From: an uncultured Candidatus Saccharibacteria bacterium
GTDB lineage: Bacteria > Patescibacteriota > Saccharimonadia > Saccharimonadales > Saccharimonadaceae
Direction: 5' to 3'
Length of the DNA stretch: 64,000 nucleotides
NCBI GenBank assembly: GCA_964523355.1
Contig: CAZFZV010000001.1
Location: 2,213 to 66,212 of the forward strand
Part shown: positions 9,292 through 18,603 of the stretch, one piece after another
Numbering within the stretch: the first letter of the stretch is position 1
Layout of the letters: each line of letters starts with the position of its first letter
Made by a program: the position numbers and the translations under genes
Notes under the pieces: generated by a model
The model's database searches: none
What the model was told of the DNA's origin: nothing
Seen by the model: the letters and a program-made list of their open reading frames with translations, nothing else

Positions 9292-12266
9292 CGCAGAAAG
9301 ATTTGTTTGGCGCGAAATTCAACGAGCGAGAATTTTGTAAATTTGCCGATGAGCTATTGCCGGATTTTACCGAAGAACGCCGACCGATCGCGCCAAGTAA
9401 AATATTGACAGCGGTACGTTTGCTAGGGACAAGCCCAACTTGTCAGCTGGCAATTATTACGGCGCGCGTAGACCAAGACCATACTCGAAAGCGAGTTGAA
9501 ATCACGCAGGAAGCGTTTCGGATCTTGCGGCGACACCGCATCCGCAATGCTTTGGTCGCGTTTTATGCGGATGAGGACGGGTGGCGACTTTCTCTACTCA
9601 CTTCTACGCTAAAAATTGAGCAGGGGAAGGTAGTAGGACAAACCAGCAACCCGAAAAGATATTCATATCTACTCGGTCCAAAAGCGAAAATTAAGACTCC
9701 GACTAAGCTGCTACGCGAACAAGGCAAAGTCGCAAACTTGGATGAGCTGAAAGCAAGATTTTCAGTCGAAGTCGTCAATAAAGATTTCTATCAAGCAATC
9801 GCAAGGCAGTTTGTAAAACTAGTAGGCGGAGAGCGCGGCGAGGGTAGAGCGCACCGAGTTTATCAGCCCCAACTCATATTGCCGGCAGAACATCAAGGTC
9901 AGGCGAATGAATTTACCACGAGGCTAATCGGACGATTGATCTTTTGTTGGTTCTTGAAAGAAAAACAAAGTGCGAAAAGACTGAGCTTAATGCCGCAGAA
10001 TTTGCTCTCCGCACAGGCGGTGAATAAACACCCAGACTATTATCATAATGTACTGGAGCCAGTATTTTTTGAGTGTCTGAACACGAAATTTGAACAACGC
10101 GAGGCGATGTTTCAACGTGCGCCGTTTGAGCAAATTCCCTACTTGAATGGCGGTCTATTTAACCCGCAAAGGAATGATTTTTATAAAAATCAAGGACGTG
10201 TTGAAATTGCTGATGAATGGTTCAGAGAATTATTCCAAATTTTGGAGCAATATAATTTTACGGTCGATGAGAATACGGAGTTGGATGTCGAACTCTCGAT
10301 TGACCCAGAAATGTTGGGGAAGATTTTTGAAAATCTGCTGGCGGAAATTAGTCCCGAAACCGGCGAATCGGCACGCAAAGCGACGGGTAGCTTCTATACG
10401 CCGCGCGAGATTGTATCGTACATGGTTGACGAGGCCTTATATGAATTTCTCAAAGGACGGACTAGAATCGAGACGGAAAAACTAAAAGCACTGATTCGAT
10501 ATAAGACTGGAAGTAGTGTAGAATTAACAACGGATGAGAGACAAGCCATCGTCGACGCTCTGGCGGAACTAAAAATTCTCGATCCGGCTTGCGGCTCGGG
10601 CGCGTTTCCGATAGGGATCTTACAAAAAGTGTTTTATATTCTGCGGCAAGTTGATCCAGACGGAAGCCGGTGGTACGAAAAGCAAATTGAGTGCGAAGCG
10701 ACGCCGGAAATCACAGAAGATCTGCGGGCGAAATTTAACGATGGGAATTGTGACTATATCCGCAAATTGGGAATTATTCGGCAGAGTATTTTTGGCGTCG
10801 ATATTCAACCGATTGCGACCGAAATTACAAAGTTGCGCTGCTTTCTAACATTAGTAATCGAAGAGACGGTCGATGACGCAAAACCGAATCGCGGGATACA
10901 ACCATTGCCAAATCTAGATTTCAAATTCGTGACGGCGAATACGCTTAAATTCTTGCCGGAAAATCCGAATGACCCTCTCAATATGTTTGAAACTGGAAAC
11001 TCAGTTGAACTAGTGAGAAAAGTACGGAGTGATTATTTCTTGGCAGATAAGACCGGGCGGGCATTCCTGAAAGCAGAGTTTGGCGAGGCACAGAATGTAA
11101 TCGCCGAAACTCAGCAGGAAGTGGCGGCGGCGCGCTATAAAAACTTGGCTGCCTGGAAGCCGTTCGCCAACCAGCAGACAGATTGGTTTGATAGCCGGTG
11201 GATGTTTGGCGTCGATAACTTCGATATCGTGATTGGTAATCCGCCTTATGGCGCGACCTTAACGAAGACTGAGCAAAAGTATTGCTTACGACATTACAAA
11301 GCAGCACAATCGGTAGGTGAACTAAAAGGCTCGCTAGATACTTTCGCGTTGTTTGTCGAACGAGGATTAGGGATGCTCAAGACCGGCGGTAACTTAGCAT
11401 TCATTGTACCAATGGCGATAACGTCAAATGAAACGATGACGGCTTTACAAAAAGAATTGGAAGAAAAGTGCGAAAGAATAAGAATCGCATCTTTCACGAA
11501 TCGACCACAACAGATTTTTGAAAATGCCTGCGTGCGGACATCGATTATCTTTTGCGAAAAAACGAACACGCCGCTGCGCGGATTATACATGTCGAAGCCG
11601 ATGCGACGTGAAAGTGGCGACTCGATTCAGAATGCAATCGAAAATTTGGAGTTTGTCGAAGCTTACAAATATAAACTTTATGGTCGTTATCCGAAAATTG
11701 GCAATGAGCAGGAATTGAAGATTTTGGGAAAGATTTTTCAAGCTGAAAGATGCGTCCAGGATTATGCGGAGCCGGGCGGCAAGGAGGAATTTTATTATCG
11801 GGCGGCAGGCGGAAGATATTTTAATATCGTGACTTTAGCGCCGACTGGGACTTCGGCAGAACGAGCGTATCGGGCGCAAAATGCTGAGCTGATTGCGGCC
11901 TGCTTGTCGACGTCGCTATTTTGGTTTTATCAACAAGTGTATACTGATGGGTTGAATTTGAAGGATTATGAAATCGACCAGTTCCCTTTACCGGAATTTG
12001 AGAAAGTAGACCAAGAGCGATTAGAAAAGATTAGAGAAACTTATGCGCAGTACCTATACGAACTTGAGGGGAACGCTAGCACGAAAAATGCAGCACGGGA
12101 TTCGCGCTATAATGTGCAGCAGTTCAAGGAATATAAAGTTGCGAAGTCGAAGACGGTGATTGACGGACTGGATGATTTAATTGGGCCATTGTATGGACTG
12201 TCGGAGGGAGAGGTTGATTATATAAAAAGCTATGAGGAGAACATCAGGATGCGAGGATATAGATAG
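9288..12266 (+). CDS. N6-adenine DNA methyltransferase, Eco57I/type IIG-like
   Basis: GSFYTP (motif X), LDPACGSGAF (motif I), IGNPPY (motif IV). Start moved to ATG 9288, after a GGAGG RBS. Confidence 0.88.
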   Translation: MTQKDLFGAKFNEREFCKFADELLPDFTEERRPIAPSKILTAVRLLGTSPTCQLAIITARVDQDHTRKRVEITQEAFRILRRHRIRNALVAFYADEDGWRLSLLTSTLKIEQGKVVGQTSNPKRYSYLLGPKAKIKTPTKLLREQGKVANLDELKARFSVEVVNKDFYQAIARQFVKLVGGERGEGRAHRVYQPQLILPAEHQGQANEFTTRLIGRLIFCWFLKEKQSAKRLSLMPQNLLSAQAVNKHPDYYHNVLEPVFFECLNTKFEQREAMFQRAPFEQIPYLNGGLFNPQRNDFYKNQGRVEIADEWFRELFQILEQYNFTVDENTELDVELSIDPEMLGKIFENLLAEISPETGESARKATGSFYTPREIVSYMVDEALYEFLKGRTRIETEKLKALIRYKTGSSVELTTDERQAIVDALAELKILDPACGSGAFPIGILQKVFYILRQVDPDGSRWYEKQIECEATPEITEDLRAKFNDGNCDYIRKLGIIRQSIFGVDIQPIATEITKLRCFLTLVIEETVDDAKPNRGIQPLPNLDFKFVTANTLKFLPENPNDPLNMFETGNSVELVRKVRSDYFLADKTGRAFLKAEFGEAQNVIAETQQEVAAARYKNLAAWKPFANQQTDWFDSRWMFGVDNFDIVIGNPPYGATLTKTEQKYCLRHYKAAQSVGELKGSLDTFALFVERGLGMLKTGGNLAFIVPMAITSNETMTALQKELEEKCERIRIASFTNRPQQIFENACVRTSIIFCEKTNTPLRGLYMSKPMRRESGDSIQNAIENLEFVEAYKYKLYGRYPKIGNEQELKILGKIFQAERCVQDYAEPGGKEEFYYRAAGGRYFNIVTLAPTGTSAERAYRAQNAELIAACLSTSLFWFYQQVYTDGLNLKDYEIDQFPLPEFEKVDQERLEKIRETYAQYLYELEGNASTKNAARDSRYNVQQFKEYKVAKSKTVIDGLDDLIGPLYGLSEGEVDYIKSYEENIRMRGYR

Positions 12267-12330
12267 GCGCCCCATATAGTATATAAGTTGTACGACAGAT
12301 CGCAGTGAGGAAAATGGTATAATTAAAATA

Positions 12331-12612
12331 ATGGATATAAAAGTTATTAATAATATTGCAGTTGTAAATGGCAACGGAATTGTCATAAAAGATGCTGCCT
12401 CGGCGATTGATTGTGTGATGGAGATAAAACGAAAAGCCAATTGTAATAAAATTGTGCTGAATAAAACGGCAATTATCGAAGATTTCTTTGTCTTAAGTAG
12501 TGGCCTAGCCGGAGAGATTTTACAAAAGTTCGTCAATTACGGTATCAAGTTCGCGATCTATGGTGTCTTTGCCATCACTGCAGATGAAGCGAAAGAGATG
12601 CTAAGTCAATAG
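12331..12612 (+). CDS. DUF4180 family protein, apparently shortened
   Basis: FFVLSSGLAGEILQKFVNYGIKFAIYG is the family signature; only 93 aa. Confidence 0.7.
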   Translation: MDIKVINNIAVVNGNGIVIKDAASAIDCVMEIKRKANCNKIVLNKTAIIEDFFVLSSGLAGEILQKFVNYGIKFAIYGVFAITADEAKEMLSQ

Positions 12613-12855
12613 TTGACCTCGCCTTATCCGAGCCAAGCTTAAACAAAAATGTTATAATTAAACTAAGACAAATTATAATTTGAGAAGATTTAAGCTAATT
12701 GATGGTAAGCACAGACGCCACCCGGACTGGCAAGATCGGCGAAATTACCGGGAGTTTGTAGAGAAAAATAAAAATTAGCACAAATAGTATTGACTTTTTA
12801 TGCTAAGTGTGCTATAATTAGAAGATGGAGTGTAGCACTTGGAAGGGAGCAACTA

Positions 12856-13434
12856 ATGGTTACGAGCGTCGCCAAAGCGCCGCAACAGAGGCCGCCCGCA
12901 AGCAAATTAAGTCGAGGCGCCAAGAATACCTCACACAAAACTTACATCAGTAACGAAAAACGCATCAATAAGGCACTTTGTAAAAATATTGCTAAACGAA
13001 GGTCTGATATAGATGCGAAAGAAATTTATACGGATGCCGGGATTGCGCCACCAACGTTTTATCTCCATCATCGCAGCGTCCAGGAAGCGATATTGAGTTA
13101 CGAAACGAATCTGGAGCATGACCTGCATGACCATATGCCCGATAATCCGAAACGCGAAGTGGTCTACACCGTCCTCACTAGCCATATTGCTAGAAATCGC
13201 ATATACTTTATCGCGACGGCGAAAGGCGGTGATCATTATTTATTGAACCGGATGATTACATTCTATCGAGCGAACTTGGTCGGGGATAAGATCGACGATC
13301 GGGTGTTTAGATATTACGTCGCGACGGCGATTGTCGCAATCAACTGTTGGCTGGAACTTGACGGAGTGAATGAGGAAACAACGAAAGCTTGCTGTAAACG
13401 CTTGCTAAGAATACGCCCGATGAAATGGGAGTAG
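12856..13434 (+). CDS. TetR/AcrR-like transcriptional regulator
   Basis: HTH-like EIYTDAGIAPPTFYLHH. Promoter TTGACT(12790)-17 nt-TATAAT(12813). RBS GGAAGGGAG. Confidence 0.6.
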   Translation: MVTSVAKAPQQRPPASKLSRGAKNTSHKTYISNEKRINKALCKNIAKRRSDIDAKEIYTDAGIAPPTFYLHHRSVQEAILSYETNLEHDLHDHMPDNPKREVVYTVLTSHIARNRIYFIATAKGGDHYLLNRMITFYRANLVGDKIDDRVFRYYVATAIVAINCWLELDGVNEETTKACCKRLLRIRPMKWE

Positions 13435-14400
13435 CTAGTCGCCGGCTAACTTGTAGAAATAAATACTCTTGCCGGTTTCCCAATCCATAACTTTTACCCT
13501 CTTACCGTTGTGCAACTTAGGATCAGACCTGAGACAGCCTTCGCAGGTATGCTTTTTCACAACATCTTTTTCGCCGAGAATTTTCAGAAGCCCGGGCGCT
13601 TCGTTGATAATTTCTGCAGTGTGCCTACAACTCATTGGCACAACATATCTCAAACCGTCCATCTGAAAAAGGTTCCAGGAGATAATTATCGCCATACTCT
13701 TCAGTAACTCCAGATCTGAAGCGCTGAGGCGCTTGGCTAAATCAATCGCTTGTTGCGGAAACTTATCATTATAATAATCCACAAAAGTATAAAGGAGGTT
13801 TTCCCTCGCTATGAGCAAACTATCACCTTGCCATTCATAACCGTATGACGACTGAAAAGCGATCCGCGCCCACTTTAACCACGATTCGAGATTGTCGCAA
13901 TATTCCGAAACGACTTGTAGCTTACGATCGAGAAACCCGACACGATTTTGTAATTTGAGAACCTGCTTGCCACTTGCGGCGTTGTAACGCCCGACAATAA
14001 ACGGCGCTTCGCCACAAGTAATTTCAAGTCGCTTCTCTTTCACATAAGCTTGCCAAGTGTCTTGAGTAACTGGCCAATGTTTCAGACCCCAATCTATGTC
14101 TTGGTTCATTTGGCAAACAATGTCTTTGGGAGTAAAAACCTCAGCCTTGTCGTGCGTCCTAATTTGTTGCTCGGCTTTAGACTTACAAATACGCGGCTGG
14201 ATGAGGAATGTGTGCTCGCCAGTAATATCGGCAAGCATGATTTCGCTGGTCGCTTTATGATGGTCGTATGAATCTGTGGCCCACAAGATATTGTGAGCTT
14301 TTTGTCGCGTGGTTCTAGTCCGATCAAGAAGCAGAATCTCCAACAGCTCACCGTGTTGGCGAATTGTGTTCTCAATAATATCAGCGTCCGCAAGCTGCAC
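13435..14400 (-). CDS. DNA methyltransferase-like accessory subunit (SAM-binding half, no NPPY)
   Basis: KAEVFTP (motif X-like), LEITCGEAPF (motif I-like), YGYEWQGDSLLIAREN; starts 3 nt after the upstream fusion gene. Confidence 0.65.
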   Translation of the reverse strand: MQLADADIIENTIRQHGELLEILLLDRTRTTRQKAHNILWATDSYDHHKATSEIMLADITGEHTFLIQPRICKSKAEQQIRTHDKAEVFTPKDIVCQMNQDIDWGLKHWPVTQDTWQAYVKEKRLEITCGEAPFIVGRYNAASGKQVLKLQNRVGFLDRKLQVVSEYCDNLESWLKWARIAFQSSYGYEWQGDSLLIARENLLYTFVDYYNDKFPQQAIDLAKRLSASDLELLKSMAIIISWNLFQMDGLRYVVPMSCRHTAEIINEAPGLLKILGEKDVVKKHTCEGCLRSDPKLHNGKRVKVMDWETGKSIYFYKLAGD

Positions 14401-14403
14401 GAG

Positions 14404-17400
14404 CTAACCCTCGATGCGTGAATTGATTAGCGCAATATCTTCTGCAGTGAAGCCATATTTGTCGTAAAGCTGGCGATCAAGCTCAACACCAGATTTCGTC
14501 CAGTCGATATCGGACTGCGCGGTGAAATCTTGAGCAGGGACGTTGCCATGCCATTGGCGATACAAGTTCCAAGACGTCGCTTTCGAGTCGAGCCCGGCGC
14601 GATAGAATTTGGAGTTGAAATATTTTTCGGCATTGATAGCTTCTGCTTCGGAATCGGTAAAAATACAGAGATATTTGTCGGTAAAGATTTCGCCAGGTTT
14701 AAGAATTCTGGTCGCTAGAGGGCTTTTGTCCACGGTACCAGCTTTAGGAAAGACCATTTTCCATTTTTGAAGATTGTCGAGTTTGACGAATTCGATCCGG
14801 CCATTGCTATCTTGGTAGGAGAAATCATCATGAGGATTGATCCAGTAGAAATCTTCACCCTCACCGACCAGGATGCGAATGTTATGAGAGGCGTCGGCGG
14901 CACTTTTGAACTTTTCGACATTATTCTTAAAACATTTAGTGTTGAGTCCGAAAGGTGCCCAACTCGTGATAAGGTCGGTCATAGTCTGGACTCCGGAGCC
15001 AGCTTTCTGGATGAGCTGCTCGTAAATATGAAGGATTTGATACTTGCGATCATCTACCACGACGTCGCGATAAGACCAGTCGAGCGTACCACTTTCGACG
15101 GTGCCGTCTTTCCTATAGATGGTCTTTTCCGTCTGGGCGTAGGTCTGAGTATTATCGAAAAGCGTGATAGCAGCTTCAACTGCGACCCCGGGGAAAATTG
15201 GAGTTTTATAGAAAACGACTTTTTTCAGATGCGGGTTTTCCATAAGATAGTCGCGTAGCGGCTCAAGCTGCTGCCCACCTTTAATAAATCCATCCGGCGT
15301 AATAAAGCTAGCATACTTCGCCAGGCGCGGGTCTGTCCCACTTTTAATGAAATCTTGGTAAATGGGGATTTTCCTCCTACCAGCTTCATAGTTGTATGGT
15401 GGGTTGCCGACTACGGCGTCAAATTTGAGCATCTCTCCTTCTCCTAGACCAAATTCTTTAGTTAATGCTTGATTAAGGTCAAAGTTATCATCCTTTAACT
15501 TCTCAACTAGATTGGGGATATAAATAATATTTGTCTTCGCGCCAGTATAGCCCGCTAAGGTGCGCTCGGTAATGGTCTTAGCCATCGGGCTCTTCGTCAA
15601 GACATAAATATTTTTGTCCAGAATCTCATTCCAAAGTTGACGGAAAGTATCTTCGTCGTCAGTATGTTGCTGATGGATGCGCTTTGCGAGAGCTTGGCAA
15701 TAGAAATTGTAAGTACATAGCAGCGGATAGAGACCAGACTTACTATTAATCTCTAGGACTTTGGCGTTTTCGTCGCGCCAAAGCTCAGTAGTCGCTCCTT
15801 GGTCTTCCCAGTTTGGCAGACCAAGCATCTCGCTTTTCTGGTCGACTTCTTCTTCGAGCTCAATGATATGGTTGAAGTCGGCACCACCCAAAGTCGAGCT
15901 GAGGTGCGTATTCACGACCGACCAAGGCGTCAATACAGTTTCCTTGTCAGGATTCTTAAAGCTACTAAAAATTTCGCCAATTTCCATCACACGTTCACTC
16001 GGCGCAAGACTATCGGCTGCTAGAGCGCGCATACGAATAGTAATACCCGCGCCGATGAACACTTCATCATCATAATATTTGGCAAATTTGTCCCGCATCA
16101 TTGTTTTCGTGACGCCTTCGGGCATAAACTCTTCCCATGAAGTATCGTCGACACTATCAATAAATTGTTCGAGGCTGATTTCTTCGTCTGGACGAATCTC
16201 ATGACCGTTCTGGTCAACTTTACAACCGTAAATCAGCATCGGCATACGAATAGAAATTCCGCGCAAGATACTGATTCTAGTCCTACGTTGTTCGATAATT
16301 TCCTGCTTACGGCGCAATAATTCTTGCTCTTCCGGCGTGAGGAGTTGCTTCTCGCGTTTCTTTTTCTCGGCGTGCTCAACCTGCTCGTATTCTTCATTGT
16401 TAAAACCGTTATCGGCCATTTTGATTTTGTTCGTATCCTTGGGGCTACTCGACTTACCGACGATCTTGTTCAACTCGGCAAAGTCGGCTAGCTCTTCGTC
16501 GGTACAATTCGAGAGATTTTCCAAGTTGTATAGACGAGTATCGTCAAAGCCATTATGTGTAACTTTTTGGATAGCAACGCGCTTGACGGCGTGGAGCAAT
16601 CTCTGAGTCGAGAATTCTTCCATCTTGCCATCAGTGGCAGAAATTACAGGACAGAAATTAAGAAACTTGCGCGTAGCGGCTTTGACTTCTTCTTTGGTCG
16701 GAGACTTCTTTTTGATTTTCATCGTTTCTGCTACTACGTTGAGAGTGCGATCGGGCGCAAAATCAAAAACATAACAATCGGTTTTCAAAATACCAGCATA
16801 CTCCCATGGTGTCTGGGCGCGGAAAATCGTCTGTAGATAGGTGCTAGCTGAACTTGTGTTGCTCAGCATAAATACTGCCGACCATTCTGGCACAGAAACG
16901 CCGCGCGTCATTTTGCCGCAAGAGATGGTGATAGAATAGGAGCTGAGCGGGTCCGGCGTAATCGCCTTTTTGACTAGCTTGCGGACTTCTTTTTCGGCAA
17001 CTTCTTCGTTCCCAGCACCAGCCACGTTGGCGATATTGAAAATCCGTTTCCCAGCATTGTCGCGCTTACCAAAAATCGCATGCTGGTCTAGGAGCTTTTC
17101 GAGCGCCCGAGCTTCTTTGACTCCCGGAACAATCCAGAGGGTATGCCGTAAGTTATTACGAAACTCGGAAGAGGAATACGGAAAATTACTCTGGGATGGC
17201 ATAGTAATAAGGTTGAGGAATTGAATGACGTATTTTTCATGAACGAAGTTGCCATCTTCGTCGGTTCTGAAGAATTCCTTAAAATTAAAGGCTTTATCGT
17301 AGAGATTTTCAAACTCATTCGTGCCGAGATATTTGTCGAGCTGATAAGTATAAATCGAGAGACGTGGCAGCTTATAGTATGGATTCGGTCTGCCTGGATA

Positions 17401-18441
17401 CAGCTCATCCCATTTGGCTTTTAGCTCTTGTTCGGACGTATAGTCCCAAGAGAAAATTTCATCTTCATTATAATCTTCAAGCAAGTTAAATGGCGTACCT
17501 GAGAGCATGAGAGTAAATTTGCGTGTAATCTGCTTAATAATTTCATCTGCCAAAGCGGTCTTCACGCCTTCGTCCGCCTCATCAATAATTAGCATGTCCC
17601 AATCTTCGTGAAGAATGGCAAGCTTTTCTGCAGACTGCACTTGGTGGCGCAAATATTGAATTGAGGCGAAGTATACGAACGGATTCTCACACGTACCGTC
17701 GGCTTTGCGAATGCAACGACTTTGGAGCGCGGTAAGGTTTTCGCCTTTCTGGCGCGAACCAAAACGATAAGCTGTACCAGCAAATAGTATGTTAAAGTCC
17801 TTAAACCAATCGTCATTAACTTCGGGGCGGTGGGTAATAATAAGGACTTTGCCGTAATTCATGCGACGAACGATTTCGAGCGAAGTTAGAGTTTTGCCAA
17901 AGCGCATTTTCGCATCCCAAAGAAAGTGCTTTTTGCCTTTCTCGATAGCGCGTAGAGTTTTCCTAATAGCTTCGGTCTGCGAACCCTCACGGAACTGGAT
18001 TGTAGGAGAGTCGGGGATGATTTCTTCCGGATTGAGCGATTTGCGTCCACTTTTGGCGGCCGCAAAAGCGTTTTTGACAGTCTCGACAGAAACCTTGAAC
18101 CATTCCCCGTTGACCTTGCCTTCGGTGTGCTGAACTTTGGGAAAACCAGAACGCTGGAGAATGCTATGGACTTCGTAGTCCATGAAAGGCTTACCATCAT
18201 TGTCAATCGCAAGTTCGCAGAAAACCAAATCATAAGCCAGGTCAGCAGTAGCGGTTTGCTCTTTAATACGAGCGCGAGCGGCAGCCTCAACGGCTTTAGC
18301 TTTATCCGGTGCGGCGACGTAGTCGGAAAATTTAATACTTGCCTTACCAATCTTCAGGTCACCCGCGTGGGTCGTGACATCCGGCAAAGCGTAAGCATAG
18401 ATAATAGTATATTCAGCGGTGTTGTAATCAGTTTTAATCAT
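14404..18441 (-). CDS. GIY-YIG-like nuclease / SF2 helicase / N6-adenine methyltransferase fusion (type ISP/IIG-like RM enzyme)
   Basis: N-terminal IIYAY..LKIGK..R..EVH..GEWF (T5orf172/GIY-YIG-like); KMRFGKT; IIDEADE; ETVLTPW; LEINSKSG; VVGNPPY. Confidence 0.85.
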   Translation of the reverse strand: MIKTDYNTAEYTIIYAYALPDVTTHAGDLKIGKASIKFSDYVAAPDKAKAVEAAARARIKEQTATADLAYDLVFCELAIDNDGKPFMDYEVHSILQRSGFPKVQHTEGKVNGEWFKVSVETVKNAFAAAKSGRKSLNPEEIIPDSPTIQFREGSQTEAIRKTLRAIEKGKKHFLWDAKMRFGKTLTSLEIVRRMNYGKVLIITHRPEVNDDWFKDFNILFAGTAYRFGSRQKGENLTALQSRCIRKADGTCENPFVYFASIQYLRHQVQSAEKLAILHEDWDMLIIDEADEGVKTALADEIIKQITRKFTLMLSGTPFNLLEDYNEDEIFSWDYTSEQELKAKWDELYPGRPNPYYKLPRLSIYTYQLDKYLGTNEFENLYDKAFNFKEFFRTDEDGNFVHEKYVIQFLNLITMPSQSNFPYSSSEFRNNLRHTLWIVPGVKEARALEKLLDQHAIFGKRDNAGKRIFNIANVAGAGNEEVAEKEVRKLVKKAITPDPLSSYSITISCGKMTRGVSVPEWSAVFMLSNTSSASTYLQTIFRAQTPWEYAGILKTDCYVFDFAPDRTLNVVAETMKIKKKSPTKEEVKAATRKFLNFCPVISATDGKMEEFSTQRLLHAVKRVAIQKVTHNGFDDTRLYNLENLSNCTDEELADFAELNKIVGKSSSPKDTNKIKMADNGFNNEEYEQVEHAEKKKREKQLLTPEEQELLRRKQEIIEQRRTRISILRGISIRMPMLIYGCKVDQNGHEIRPDEEISLEQFIDSVDDTSWEEFMPEGVTKTMMRDKFAKYYDDEVFIGAGITIRMRALAADSLAPSERVMEIGEIFSSFKNPDKETVLTPWSVVNTHLSSTLGGADFNHIIELEEEVDQKSEMLGLPNWEDQGATTELWRDENAKVLEINSKSGLYPLLCTYNFYCQALAKRIHQQHTDDEDTFRQLWNEILDKNIYVLTKSPMAKTITERTLAGYTGAKTNIIYIPNLVEKLKDDNFDLNQALTKEFGLGEGEMLKFDAVVGNPPYNYEAGRRKIPIYQDFIKSGTDPRLAKYASFITPDGFIKGGQQLEPLRDYLMENPHLKKVVFYKTPIFPGVAVEAAITLFDNTQTYAQTEKTIYRKDGTVESGTLDWSYRDVVVDDRKYQILHIYEQLIQKAGSGVQTMTDLITSWAPFGLNTKCFKNNVEKFKSAADASHNIRILVGEGEDFYWINPHDDFSYQDSNGRIEFVKLDNLQKWKMVFPKAGTVDKSPLATRILKPGEIFTDKYLCIFTDSEAEAINAEKYFNSKFYRAGLDSKATSWNLYRQWHGNVPAQDFTAQSDIDWTKSGVELDRQLYDKYGFTAEDIALINSRIEG

Positions 18442-18499
18442 CTGTGAGACCTCTGTAGTAATCGTACGAAAGCCCACCCAAATCGTCTTAATTCAAACC

Positions 18500-18576
18500 T
18501 GGTACACCGGATAGGACTCGAACCTACGACCCTCTGTTCCGAAGACAGATGCTCTAATCCACTGAGCTACCGGTGC
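18500..18576 (-). tRNA. tRNA-Arg(TCG)
   Basis: Cloverleaf with anticodon loop CT-TCG-GA, encoded CCA, TGGTATAAT just upstream. Confidence 0.95.
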
Positions 18577-18603
18577 ATGTTTATATTATACCATAGTTTT
18601 AGA

